The notes beneath the pieces are model-generated. The model searched no databases. It was not told the DNA's origin and saw only the letters and a program-made list of their open reading frames with translations. A DNA stretch of 64,000 nucleotides from Bacillota bacterium (lineage in GTDB: Bacteria; Bacillota; Sulfobacillia; JAIMAT01). The translations under genes were made by a program, and so were the position numbers. Of this stretch, positions 9,373-19,751 are shown one piece after another (within the stretch, counting starts at the first letter, position 1; each line of letters begins with the position of its first letter). Location: assembly GCA_023511835.1 (NCBI GenBank), contig JAIMAT010000003.1, positions 10,933 through 74,932 of the forward strand, written 5' to 3'.

Positions 9373-11408
9373 GGCGGCTGGTGGGCCAGAGCGACCTCCT
9401 CCTGGCCGCGGGCGTGGTGGCGGTGGTGGCCATGCTGGTCATTCCCGTCCCGCCCGGCCTGCTCAGCGTGCTGCTGGCGGCCAACCTGGCCATCTCGCTG
9501 CTGGTGCTCCTGGTCGGCATGTACGACACGCAGCCGCTGGAGTTCTCGGCCTTCCCCTCGCTGCTTCTCCTGACCACGCTCTTCCGTCTGGCGCTCAACG
9601 TCAGCTCGACGCGCCTCATCCTCCTCTACGGCGACGCGGGCGCGGTCATCCAGGCCTTCGGCCAGTTCGTCGCCGGGGGCAACCCGCTGGTCGGCTTCAT
9701 CGTCTTTCTGATCCTGGTCATCATCCAGTTCCTGGTCATCACCCGCGGCGCCGAGCGCGTGGCCGAGGTGGCCGCGCGCTTCACCCTGGACGCCATGCCG
9801 GGCAAGCAGATGGCCATCGACGCCGACCTCAACTCCGGCCTCATCGACCAGAAGGAAGCCCGCCGCCGCCGCCAGCAGATCCAGCGCGAGGCGGACTTCT
9901 ACGGCGCCATGGACGGCGCCAGCAAGTTCGTCCGCGGCGACGCCATCGCCGGCCTGGTCATCCTGGCCATCAACATCGTCGGCGGGCTGGCCATGGGGAT
10001 GCTCGTCCGCCACCTGGCCTGGGCCGACGCCCTGCGCCAGTACACCATCCTGACCATCGGCGACGGCCTGGCCAGCCAGCTGCCGGCGCTGCTCATCTCC
10101 ACCGCCACGGGCATCGTCGTCACCCGTGCGGCCGGCGAGTCGGACCTCGGCCACGACGTGCTGCGCCAGGTGGCGGCCCAGCCCAGGGCGCTCTGGGTGG
10201 CGGCGGGGACGCTGGCCGTGCTCGGTCTGGTACCGGGCCTGCCGGCCGCACCCTTCCTGGCCCTGGCCGCGGTCACCGGCGGCGTCGCCTACCTGCAGGC
10301 GCGGCAGGCGAGGCTCCGTCCCGGCGAGGGGGAGGCGGCACCGGTGCAGGCGACGCTGGGGGTGACGCCGGAGGAGGCCGCCCGCCTCCTGCCGGTCGAC
10401 CCGCTGGAGGTGGAACTGGGCTACGGTCTGCTGCCGCTGGGCGCCGAGGAGGGCGGCCAGCTGATGGACCGGATCGCGCTGCTGCGGCGGCAGATCGCGC
10501 TGGAGCTGGGGCTGGTGCTGCCGCTGGTGCGCGTCCGCGACAACTTGAGCCTGGAGCCCAACCGCTACCGGATCCTCCTGAAGGGCGAGGTGGTGGGCGA
10601 GGCGGAGCTGCGCCTGGACCGGCTCCTGGCCATCCCCCAGGGGACCGAGGTGGCGGGGGTGGAGGGCGAGCCGACGCGCGACCCCGCCTTCAACCTGCCG
10701 GCCCTCTGGATCCGGCCGGAGCAGCGCGCCCTGGCCGAGGCCTCGGGCTACACGGTGGTGGAGGCGGCCGCCGTCCTGGCGACGCACCTGACGGAAGTGG
10801 TGCGCGCCCACGCCTGGGAGCTCCTCACCCGCCAGGAGACGCGCCGCCTGCTGGACACGCTCCATCAGAGCGCGGCCGCCCTGGTGGAGGAGAGCGTGCC
10901 GGCTCTCCTCACCCTGGGCGAGGTGCAGCGGGTGCTGCAGAACCTGCTGCGCGAGGGCGTGCCCATCCGCGACCTGGGCACCGTCCTGGAGGCCCTGGCC
11001 GACCAGGCGGCCGCCTCCAAGGCGTTGGACGAGCTGACCGAGGCGGCGCGCCAGGCGCTGGGCCGGAGCATCACCCAGCGGCTCGTGGGGCCGGACGGGC
11101 GCCTGCGCGTCATCACCCTGGAACCGGCGGCGGAGCGCCAGTTGGCCGAGTCCATCCGCGGCCAGGGCAACGCCCGCACCCTGGTGCTGGAACCGGAGCT
11201 GGCGGGCCGGCTGATCCGCGGGCTGGAGGCGGAGGTGGCCCGCGTCCTGGAGCAGGGCGTCCAGCCCGTCCTCCTCTGCGCCCCCGGCCTCCGCTTCCAC
11301 CTGCGTCGCCTTCTGGAGCGGAGTCTGCCGCGCCTGCCGGTCCTCTCCTACAACGAGGTGAGCGACGGGGTGCCCGTCGACGTGCTGGGGACGGTGAGAC
11401 TGGCATGA
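9357..11408 (+). CDS. flhA: Flagellar export apparatus protein FlhA
   Basis: 683-aa protein with N-terminal TM domain plus FHIPEP cytoplasmic domain. ...LTIGDGLASQLPALLISTATGIVVTRAA... Confidence 0.95.
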   Translation: MAQTLRRLVGQSDLLLAAGVVAVVAMLVIPVPPGLLSVLLAANLAISLLVLLVGMYDTQPLEFSAFPSLLLLTTLFRLALNVSSTRLILLYGDAGAVIQAFGQFVAGGNPLVGFIVFLILVIIQFLVITRGAERVAEVAARFTLDAMPGKQMAIDADLNSGLIDQKEARRRRQQIQREADFYGAMDGASKFVRGDAIAGLVILAINIVGGLAMGMLVRHLAWADALRQYTILTIGDGLASQLPALLISTATGIVVTRAAGESDLGHDVLRQVAAQPRALWVAAGTLAVLGLVPGLPAAPFLALAAVTGGVAYLQARQARLRPGEGEAAPVQATLGVTPEEAARLLPVDPLEVELGYGLLPLGAEEGGQLMDRIALLRRQIALELGLVLPLVRVRDNLSLEPNRYRILLKGEVVGEAELRLDRLLAIPQGTEVAGVEGEPTRDPAFNLPALWIRPEQRALAEASGYTVVEAAAVLATHLTEVVRAHAWELLTRQETRRLLDTLHQSAAALVEESVPALLTLGEVQRVLQNLLREGVPIRDLGTVLEALADQAAASKALDELTEAARQALGRSITQRLVGPDGRLRVITLEPAAERQLAESIRGQGNARTLVLEPELAGRLIRGLEAEVARVLEQGVQPVLLCAPGLRFHLRRLLERSLPRLPVLSYNEVSDGVPVDVLGTVRLA

Positions 11409-12427
11409 GCGCGCCGCTCCGCATCCGCCGCTTCCGGGCGGCCGACGTGCGCGCCCTCCTGGCGCAGGTGCGTCAGGAAGCGGGCGCCGACGCCCTCCTC
11501 CTCGACCTGCGCCGCGAGCCCCCGCGCTGGTGGGAGCGGCTGACCGGGAGGCGCGGTCCGGTGGTGGCGACGGTGGCCCTTCCTCCGCCCGCTGGAGAGG
11601 GGGAAGAGCCGGCGGACGGAGCCGGGGCGGCCGGCCCGGCCGGGAGGACCGCCCCGCAGGCCACGGCGCCCGGCGGCTGGGAGGAACTCCGCCTCCGCCT
11701 CGAGAGGCGCGGGCTCCTGCCCGACCTGGCCGCCCGGCTGGCCGAACCGGCCCCGGAGCCCGGGGCGAGCCCACGCGAGGCGGTGCGCCAGCGGCTCCTC
11801 GAGCTGCTGGGCCGGGCGCGGCCCGTGGAGGCGGGGCGCGAACGCCGTCTGGTGCTGGTGGGGCCGACGGGCGCGGGCAAGACCACCACCGTGGCCAAGC
11901 TGGCGGGGCAGATGGCGCTCTACCGCGGCCTGGAGGTGGGCATCGTCACCCTGGACGCCTTCCGGGCGGGCGCCTTCGAGCAGGTGGACGCCTACGCCCG
12001 CGCTGCGGGCCTCCCTTGCCTGCCCGCGGAAGAGCCGGGCGAGCTCCGCTCCGCCCTGGAGCGGCTTTCGGGCGTCGATCTGGTCCTCATCGACACCACT
12101 GGCCGCAGCCCCTCCGACCGCCGTTCCCTTCGCCGCCTGGCCCAGCTGGTGGAAGAGGCGCGGGCGGACGCGGTCCTGCTGACGCTCAGCGCCACCACCC
12201 GCCACGAGGACCTTCTCTACGCGCTGGAGGCCTACCGGGGGATCGGCGCCGACCGCCTGCTCTTCACCAAGGTGGACGAGACGCGCGCTCCGGGCGAGCT
12301 GGTCAACGCGGTGGCGGCGAGCGGGCTGGCGGTCAGCTACGTCGCGGCCGGACAGCGCGTCCCCGACGACCTGGCCGTCTTCTCGCCCGGGGCATTGGCC
12401 GACGAGCTGCTGGGGGTGGAGCCGTGA
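11405..12427 (+). CDS. flhF: Flagellar biosynthesis GTPase FlhF (SRP-type)
   Basis: SRP-GTPase motifs LVGPTGAGKTTT, DTTGR and TKVDET. Overlaps the flhA stop. Confidence 0.9.
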   Translation: MSAPLRIRRFRAADVRALLAQVRQEAGADALLLDLRREPPRWWERLTGRRGPVVATVALPPPAGEGEEPADGAGAAGPAGRTAPQATAPGGWEELRLRLERRGLLPDLAARLAEPAPEPGASPREAVRQRLLELLGRARPVEAGRERRLVLVGPTGAGKTTTVAKLAGQMALYRGLEVGIVTLDAFRAGAFEQVDAYARAAGLPCLPAEEPGELRSALERLSGVDLVLIDTTGRSPSDRRSLRRLAQLVEEARADAVLLTLSATTRHEDLLYALEAYRGIGADRLLFTKVDETRAPGELVNAVAASGLAVSYVAAGQRVPDDLAVFSPGALADELLGVEP

Positions 12428-13263
12428 ACGAGCAGGTTTCGGCCCTGGCCGCGCTGGCCCGGGAGGTGAGGGCCCGCCTGCGGCTGGGGGCGCGGAGGCC
12501 GCCGGGAGCACGACGGGTGCGCAGCCTCGCCGTGGTCAGCGGCAAGGGCGGCGTGGGCAAGTCGACGCTGGCGGTCAACTTGGCGCTGGCGCTGGCGGCG
12601 GCCGGCGAGCGGGCGCTCCTGGTCGACCTGGATCTGGGCCTGGGCGGCGCCATGGCCGTGGCGGGGGGGCGCGGGCGCTACCACCTGGGCGATGTCCTCG
12701 CCGGCCGGGCCGAGATCGAGGAGGCCTTCTGGGAGCCGGAGCGCGGGGTCCGCCTCCTCTCCGGTGGCCCCGGCGAGGAGCTTTTGGCCTCCCTGGGCGC
12801 CGCCGAGGTGGGGCGCCTGGTGACCGCCCTGGCCCGCCTGGGCGCCCCGGGCGAGACGCTCCTCGTCGACAACGGCGCCGGCCTCGGCCAACTGGTGCGG
12901 GCGGTCCTGGCCTGGGCGCCGGAGGTGCTGCTGGTGGTGACGCCGGATCCGGCCTCGGTCACCGACGGGTACGCCGTGCTCAAGGCGACGGCCCGGCTCA
13001 ACCCCGAGGCCCGGCTCTGGCTGGCGGTCAACCAGGCGCTCTCCCCGAGTGAGGCGATGCGCGTGCGCGACGCCCTCGTCTCGGTGGCCGCGGGACACCT
13101 GGGGCTCAGGCCCCGCTTCCTGGGCTGGGTGCCGGAGGATCCCGAGCTGGCCGGCAGCGTCCGCCTCGGGCGGCCGCTCCTCCGCCTCAACCCCGCCGCG
13201 CCGGCGGCGCGGGCGGTCTCCTCGCTGGCGCGCCGCTGGCTGGAGGAGGAGGAAGCCCGGTGA
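12424..13263 (+). CDS. flhG: Flagellar number regulator FlhG/YlxH (MinD-like ATPase)
   Basis: Deviant Walker A motif VVSGKGGVGKST. GTG start overlaps the flhF TGA (GTGA). Confidence 0.9.
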   Translation: MNEQVSALAALAREVRARLRLGARRPPGARRVRSLAVVSGKGGVGKSTLAVNLALALAAAGERALLVDLDLGLGGAMAVAGGRGRYHLGDVLAGRAEIEEAFWEPERGVRLLSGGPGEELLASLGAAEVGRLVTALARLGAPGETLLVDNGAGLGQLVRAVLAWAPEVLLVVTPDPASVTDGYAVLKATARLNPEARLWLAVNQALSPSEAMRVRDALVSVAAGHLGLRPRFLGWVPEDPELAGSVRLGRPLLRLNPAAPAARAVSSLARRWLEEEEAR

Positions 13264-14099
13264 GCGTCTCGCGCTATCCGCGGCTGGGCGACCGGGTCGA
13301 GCTGGCCGTCCGGGAGGCGGACCTGGCCGGAGGCGACCCGGACTCCCAGCGCCTGCACGTCTTCCCCTCGCTGGTGCTGGGGGGCGAGGAAGAGCTGGTG
13401 GAGGTGGCCGCGCCGCTGGAGCACGGGCGCTTGCGCCTGCCAGAGCCGCAGGCGGAGGTGGAGCTGCGCTTCGGCCGCGACGGGCGCTGGTTCGCCTGCC
13501 GGGCGACGGTAGAGGCCAACCTGCTGGCGCCGCCCGAGCGGGTCCGCCTGCGGCTCGGCCCTCCGGCGCCTTACTATCGCCGGGCGGCGGTCCGCTGGCC
13601 GCTCCACCTGCCGGTCGAGGTGCTCCCGTTGCCGCCGGCCGTCCAGCAGGCGGTCCGCATGGGGCTGCCGGGCGAGCGCCTGCGGGCGATACCCAGGCCC
13701 GAGGCGGGGCCGCGCTGGCAGGGGACGACGGTCGACCTGAGCGTGGGCGGCCTCTTCTGCCGCCTCCGCCTGCGCGACCGCACCGGGGAGGGGGGCGGTG
13801 CTGCGGGGGGCGGCGGCGCCCGCCTGACGCCGGGCGAGATCTACCGGCTGCGCCTCGACCTGGGGGCCTCCGGGGAGGGAGGGCCAGCCGCCGGCGGCGA
13901 GAGGGGGCGTCGCCCGACCCCGGCCGCTCCCGAGCTGGACCTGGCCGCGCGCCTGGTGCGCGCCGCGCCGGCGCCGCGGGAGGCGGGCCTCTGGGAGGCG
14001 GCCTTCGCCTTCCTGGAGCTGGGACCCGCCGAGGAGCAGGCCATCATGCGACGCATCTTCGCCGAACAGCGGCGCTGGCGCCGCCAGGGGCTCATCTGA
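13260..14099 (+). CDS. PilZ-domain flagellar brake protein (YcgR/MotI/DgrA-like c-di-GMP receptor)
   Basis: PilZ motifs RRAAVR (RxxxR) and DLSVGGLFCRL (D-x-S-x-G-G). Located between flhG and fliA inside the flagellar operon. Confidence 0.7.
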   Translation: MSVSRYPRLGDRVELAVREADLAGGDPDSQRLHVFPSLVLGGEEELVEVAAPLEHGRLRLPEPQAEVELRFGRDGRWFACRATVEANLLAPPERVRLRLGPPAPYYRRAAVRWPLHLPVEVLPLPPAVQQAVRMGLPGERLRAIPRPEAGPRWQGTTVDLSVGGLFCRLRLRDRTGEGGGAAGGGGARLTPGEIYRLRLDLGASGEGGPAAGGERGRRPTPAAPELDLAARLVRAAPAPREAGLWEAAFAFLELGPAEEQAIMRRIFAEQRRWRRQGLI

Positions 14100-14113
14100 A
14101 CGGAGGTGGAGGC

Positions 14114-14935
14114 ATGGCAGCTGGAAGCCCGGCGGGAGCCGGCAGCCCGCCGAGCCCCGAGACGGGCGGTCCGGGCGAGGCGGAGCTGGCGAGGCTCTGG
14201 GCCGCCTACCGCCAGTCCGGCGACCGCGCGCTCCGCGAGCGGCTGGTGCTGGCCTACCTGCCGCTGGTGCAGCGGATCGCCAGCCGCCTCGCCGTCCGTC
14301 TGCCGCCCCAGGTGGAGCAGCAGGAGCTGGTCAACGAGGGCCTGGGCGGTCTCCTCCAGGCCATCGACCGCTTCGACCCCTCGCGTGGCATCCGCTTCGA
14401 GACTTTCGCCGTGCCGCGCATCCAGGGCGCCATGATCGACGGGCTGCGCGCCCTGGACTGGGCGCCGACGCGGCTGCGCCAGCACGACCGCCAGTTGCGC
14501 GAGACCTACGCCGCGCTGGAGGCGGAGCGCGGCCGGCCGGCCACTGACGCCGAGGTGGCCGAGCGGCTCGGGGTGCCGGCACGCACCGTCCGCCAGTGGC
14601 TGACGGAGCTGAGCCGGGCGGCGGTGCTCAGCCTGGAGGAGCTGGGCATCCCCGGCGAGAGCCTGGGCGCGCCGGCCTTCCAGGAGGCGGAGGCGGCCGA
14701 CGACCCCTTGGAGTCGGTCATCCGCAAGGAGACCATCCGGGAGCTGGGTCGGGCCATCGAGGAGCTGCCCGAGCGCGAGCGCCTGATCATCACGCTCCTC
14801 TACTACGAGGGGCTGACCGCCACCGAGGTGGCGGGTCTCTTGGGCGTGACCGTCTCGCGCATCTCCCAGCTCCATTCGCGCGCCGTCCTGCGGATCCGCG
14901 GGAAGATGACGGCCGGCCGAGCCCGGCCGGCCTGA
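14114..14935 (+). CDS. fliA: Flagellar sigma factor FliA/SigD (sigma-28)
   Basis: Sigma-70 regions 2, 3 and 4 are present, for example LVLAYLPLVQRIASR, ETFAVPRIQGAMIDGLR and LTATEVAGLLGVTVSRISQLHSRAVLRIR. ATG at 14114 is preceded by GGAGGTGGAGG. Confidence 0.9.
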   Translation: MAAGSPAGAGSPPSPETGGPGEAELARLWAAYRQSGDRALRERLVLAYLPLVQRIASRLAVRLPPQVEQQELVNEGLGGLLQAIDRFDPSRGIRFETFAVPRIQGAMIDGLRALDWAPTRLRQHDRQLRETYAALEAERGRPATDAEVAERLGVPARTVRQWLTELSRAAVLSLEELGIPGESLGAPAFQEAEAADDPLESVIRKETIRELGRAIEELPERERLIITLLYYEGLTATEVAGLLGVTVSRISQLHSRAVLRIRGKMTAGRARPA

Positions 14936-14971
14936 GGCCCGCCCGCCCCGTTCCGGAGGGGGGCGGCTCGA

Positions 14972-15000
14972 TTGCCGCCCCGGGGGGCCGATGGTATACT
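14972..15000 (+). promoter_or_regulatory. Putative sigma-A promoter for rpsB-tsf-pyrH-frr: -35 TTGCCG (14972-14977), 17-nt spacer, extended -10 TGgTATACT (14992-15000)
   Basis: Best -35/-10 match in the 184-nt gap between fliA and rpsB. The -10 hexamer TATACT matches 5 of 6 positions of the TATAAT consensus. A 7-bp GC hairpin (GGGGCGG/CCGCCCC) lies just upstream and overlaps the -35. Confidence 0.45.
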
Positions 15001-15119
15001 GCGACGGGCCGCGCGCCGCGCGCAGCCCCATTTCGCACGCGCGCCGACCGCCCCCGGTGCCCGCCGAGGCGGGTGGGCAGGCGGGATGAGGCGGCGGAGG
15101 AGAACCGGGAGGTGGGAGC

Positions 15120-15818
15120 ATGTCGGTCGTCTCCATGAAGCAGCTGCTGGAGGCCGGCGTCCACTTCGGCCACCAGACGCGCCGCTGGAACCCCAAGATG
15201 CGGCCGTACATCTTCACGGAGCGGAACGGCATCTACATCATCGACCTGCAGAAGACCGTCAAGATGCTGGACGAGGCCTACGCCTGGGTGCGCGACCTCG
15301 CCTTCCAGGACGGCAACGTGCTCTTCGTGGGCACCAAGAAGCAGGCCCAGGAGACCATCCGCGAGGAAGCGGAGCGTTGCGGCATGCCCTACGTCAACCA
15401 GCGCTGGCTGGGCGGCACGCTGACCAATTTCGTCACCATCAGCTCGCGCGTCAAGCGGCTGGAGGAGCTGACCCGGCTGGTGGAGGAGGGCGAGCTGGAG
15501 CGGCTGCCCAAGAAGGAGCAGGCCTCGCTCCTGCGCGAGAAGGCCAAGCTGGAGAAGTACCTGGGCGGCATCCGCGGCATGTCCTCGCTGCCGGACGCGC
15601 TCTACGTGGTCGACCCGCGCAAGGAACGGATCTGCGTCAGCGAGGCGCGCCGCCTGGGCATCCCCATCGTGGCCATCGTCGACACCAACTGCGACCCGGA
15701 TGAGATCACGCACGTGATCCCGGGGAACGACGACGCCATCCGGGCGGTACGCCTGATCACGTCCAAGATCGCCGACGCCATCCTGGAGGGCCGGCAGGGC
15801 GTCCAGGTCTCGGCCTGA
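15120..15818 (+). CDS. rpsB: 30S ribosomal protein S2
   Basis: [27 protein letters not shown]... Confidence 0.97.
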   Translation: MSVVSMKQLLEAGVHFGHQTRRWNPKMRPYIFTERNGIYIIDLQKTVKMLDEAYAWVRDLAFQDGNVLFVGTKKQAQETIREEAERCGMPYVNQRWLGGTLTNFVTISSRVKRLEELTRLVEEGELERLPKKEQASLLREKAKLEKYLGGIRGMSSLPDALYVVDPRKERICVSEARRLGIPIVAIVDTNCDPDEITHVIPGNDDAIRAVRLITSKIADAILEGRQGVQVSA

Positions 15819-15893
15819 CGGGACGGGCCCGAGGCGAAGGGGCGGCGAGCCGCCCCTTCGCCATGTCCACCGCGGAACAAGGGAGGTCGGAGC

Positions 15894-16544
15894 ATGGCGG
15901 AGATCACGGCGGAACAGGTACGGCAGCTCCGGGAGCGCACCGGGGCCGGGATGATGGACTGCAAGCGGGCGCTGGAGGCGACCGGCGGCGACATGGAGAA
16001 GGCGACCGACTGGCTGCGGGAGAAGGGCCTGGCGGCCGCCGGCAAGAAGGCCGGGCGCCACGCCGGCGAGGGCCTGATCGAGGCCTACATCCACACCAAC
16101 GGCCGCGTCGGCGTCCTCCTGGAGCTCAACTGCGAGACCGACTTCGTCGCCCGGACCGAGGGCTTCCGCCAGCTGGCCCACGACCTGGCGCTGCACGTGG
16201 CGGCCGCCAGCCCGCGCTGGGTCTCGCGCGAGCAGGTTCCGGCCGAGGTTCTGGCCCACGAGCGCGAGGTGATCCGCCGCCTCACGCTGGAAGAAGGAAA
16301 ACCCGAACAGATCGTGGATAAGATCGTCGAAGGGCGCCTGGAGAAGCAGTTCTTCGCGGAATACTGCCTGCTGGACCAGCCCTTCGTCAAGGAGCCGGAG
16401 CGGACGGTGGGCGAGCTGGTACGCTCGGCCATCGCCCAGTTCGGCGAGAATATCGTGGTACGACGATTCGTCCGCTTCCAGCTGGGCGAGGAGGCGGGGG
16501 AGCAGGCGCCGGGCGCCGGGGTGGCGGCGTCTGCCGGCGCGTAG
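15894..16544 (+). CDS. tsf: Translation elongation factor Ts
   Basis: [28 protein letters not shown]... Confidence 0.97.
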   Translation: MAEITAEQVRQLRERTGAGMMDCKRALEATGGDMEKATDWLREKGLAAAGKKAGRHAGEGLIEAYIHTNGRVGVLLELNCETDFVARTEGFRQLAHDLALHVAAASPRWVSREQVPAEVLAHEREVIRRLTLEEGKPEQIVDKIVEGRLEKQFFAEYCLLDQPFVKEPERTVGELVRSAIAQFGENIVVRRFVRFQLGEEAGEQAPGAGVAASAGA

Positions 16545-17863
<1,319 letters not shown>

Positions 17864-17866
17864 GCC

Positions 17867-18112
17867 TTGGCGGGGGCGGAGTCGACAGGCGAGGCGACGC
17901 CGGGCCTGGAGCGCGGGGAGAGGTGGCTCCTGCGGCCGCTGGAGACGGTGGAGGCCGAGGCCCGGGCCGCCGGCCTGGAGGTGAGGGTGCGGTGGACGGG
18001 CGAGGGGCCGGGGCGCGCCCGCGTGGTGCGCGTCCGGCCCGGCGAGGCGGGGGGTGTGGAGCTGCTCGCCGCCCGCTTCCCCGATTTCGCGGCGGAGGCG
18101 CCGCGGGAGTAG
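17867..18112 (+). CDS. Small hypothetical protein (81 aa) between frr and uppS
   Basis: ORF with a TTG start fills the 256-nt frr-uppS gap. Third-position GC is about 95%, consistent with coding bias. No recognisable domain. Confidence 0.3.
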   Translation: MAGAESTGEATPGLERGERWLLRPLETVEAEARAAGLEVRVRWTGEGPGRARVVRVRPGEAGGVELLAARFPDFAAEAPRE

Positions 18113-18119
18113 GGTGGGG

Positions 18120-18923
18120 ATGGAGGTGCGGGCGGTGAGCGGGCGGACGGCGGGGCCGAGGTCGGAGGCGGGCGAGGAGCAGGCGCAGGGGCCGCGGGCG
18201 CTGCGCCTGCCGGCGCACGTGGCCATCATCATGGACGGCAACGGGCGCTGGGCCGAGCGGCGCGGGCTCCCGCGCGGCCTCGGCCACCAGGCCGGGGTCG
18301 AGTCGGTTCGCCGGGTGGTCCGCGGCTCCATCGAACTGGGCCTGCGCTACCTGACGCTCTACGCCTTCTCCACCGAGAACTGGCGCCGCCCGCCGGAGGA
18401 GGTCCGCTTCCTCTGGCATCTGCTGGGGCAGGCGGTCACCCGCGACCTGGACGACCTCTACCGCCAGGGCGTCCGCTTCCGGGCCATCGGCGCGCTGGAG
18501 GAGCTGCCGGAGGAGACGCGCCGGCAGATCCGGCTGGCGGAGGAGCGGACGGCGGGCAACGACCGGCTCTACCTGCAGGTGGCGCTCAACTACGGCGGCC
18601 GGCGCGAGATCGTGGAGGCGGCCCGGCGCCTGGCCGCGGCCTGCGCGCGGGGCGAGGCGGAGCCGGACGAGATCGACGAGGCGCGCTTCGCGCGCGAGCT
18701 GTACACGGCGGGGATCCCCGACCCCGATCTCCTCATCCGGACGGCGGGCGAGTACCGCATCAGCAACTTCCTCCTCTGGCAGGTGGCCTACTGCGAGCTC
18801 TGGGTGAGCGAGGTGCTCTGGCCGGACTTCGGGGAGAAGGAGCTGCGCCGGGCGGTGGAGGAGTATTCGCACCGGCAGCGCCGCTTCGGAGGACTGGCGG
18901 AGTGGCCCGGCGATGCTCCGTGA
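18120..18923 (+). CDS. uppS: Undecaprenyl diphosphate synthase (cis-prenyltransferase)
   Basis: HVAIIMDGNGRWA...LTLYAFSTENWRRP...RTAGEYRISNFLLWQ. Confidence 0.95.
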   Translation: MEVRAVSGRTAGPRSEAGEEQAQGPRALRLPAHVAIIMDGNGRWAERRGLPRGLGHQAGVESVRRVVRGSIELGLRYLTLYAFSTENWRRPPEEVRFLWHLLGQAVTRDLDDLYRQGVRFRAIGALEELPEETRRQIRLAEERTAGNDRLYLQVALNYGGRREIVEAARRLAAACARGEAEPDEIDEARFARELYTAGIPDPDLLIRTAGEYRISNFLLWQVAYCELWVSEVLWPDFGEKELRRAVEEYSHRQRRFGGLAEWPGDAP

Positions 18924-19716
18924 GCGGCTCCTCTCGGCGCTGATCGGCCTGCCGCTGCTGCTGGCCGCGGTCCTCCTGGGCGGCTGGCCCCTGGCGGCCG
19001 CCATGGCGCTCCTGGCCGGCGTGGCCGGCTGGGAGGGGGGCCGGCTGGCGGGCGCGCTGGGCGTCCGCTTCGCCCCCTGGCTGCCCGCCCTGCCGCCCGC
19101 CCTGGCGGTCCTCCTCTGGCAGCTGCGCCCGCGTGTCGGCCTCTACGTACTCGCCTTCTCCCTCCTCCTGCTCCTGGCGCGGGCCGAGTGGCAGGTGGTG
19201 GCCGAGCGGAGGCCTGCGCGGGAGGCGCTGGTGGAGTACGTGGCGCTGGTGGCGGCGCTGCTCTACCCCTCCCTCTTCGCCTCGGCCGTGGCGCTGCGCC
19301 GTTTGGAGCACGGGGCGCTCTGGCTTACCCTGGTCTTCGCCGGGACCTGGCTGAACGACGCCGCCGCCTTCTTCGTGGGCAGACTCTGGGGCCGCCGCCT
19401 CCTGGCGCCCGGGCTGAGCCCGGGCAAGAGCGTGGAGGGGGCGGTGGCGGGCGGCGTGACGGCGCTGGTGGTCTGGATGGCGGCGACGCCCTGGACGGGT
19501 CTGGCTCTGCCGGGCGCCGTCGCCCTGGGGATGGCGGCCGCCCTGCTGGGTCCGGTGGGCGACCTCTTCGAATCGCTGGTCAAGCGGGCGGCGGAGTGGA
19601 AGGATTCCGGCAGCCTCATCCCGGGGCATGGCGGGGTGCTCGACCGTTTCGACAGCTTCCTCCTGATCGCGCCCACCAGCCTGGTCCTGATCCGCCTCTT
19701 CACCGGCGCCGGTTGA
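18913..19716 (+). CDS. cdsA: Phosphatidate cytidylyltransferase
   Basis: CTP_transf_1 C-terminal motif SLVKRAAEWKDSGSLIPGHGGVLDRFDS. Confidence 0.9.
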   Translation: MLRERLLSALIGLPLLLAAVLLGGWPLAAAMALLAGVAGWEGGRLAGALGVRFAPWLPALPPALAVLLWQLRPRVGLYVLAFSLLLLLARAEWQVVAERRPAREALVEYVALVAALLYPSLFASAVALRRLEHGALWLTLVFAGTWLNDAAAFFVGRLWGRRLLAPGLSPGKSVEGAVAGGVTALVVWMAATPWTGLALPGAVALGMAAALLGPVGDLFESLVKRAAEWKDSGSLIPGHGGVLDRFDSFLLIAPTSLVLIRLFTGAG

Positions 19717-19751
19717 GGCGGCGCCGCCGGCCGAGCGGGAGGCTTTCGGAT

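Noticed and set aside
9294-11774. 826-aa minus-strand ORF antisense to flhA
   Set aside because: No homology and low complexity. FlhA on the plus strand is unambiguous.
11530-13263. 577-aa plus-strand ORF
   Set aside because: Only the C-terminal 280 aa (flhG, from the GTG at 12424) are conserved. The N-terminal part is an alternate frame of flhF.
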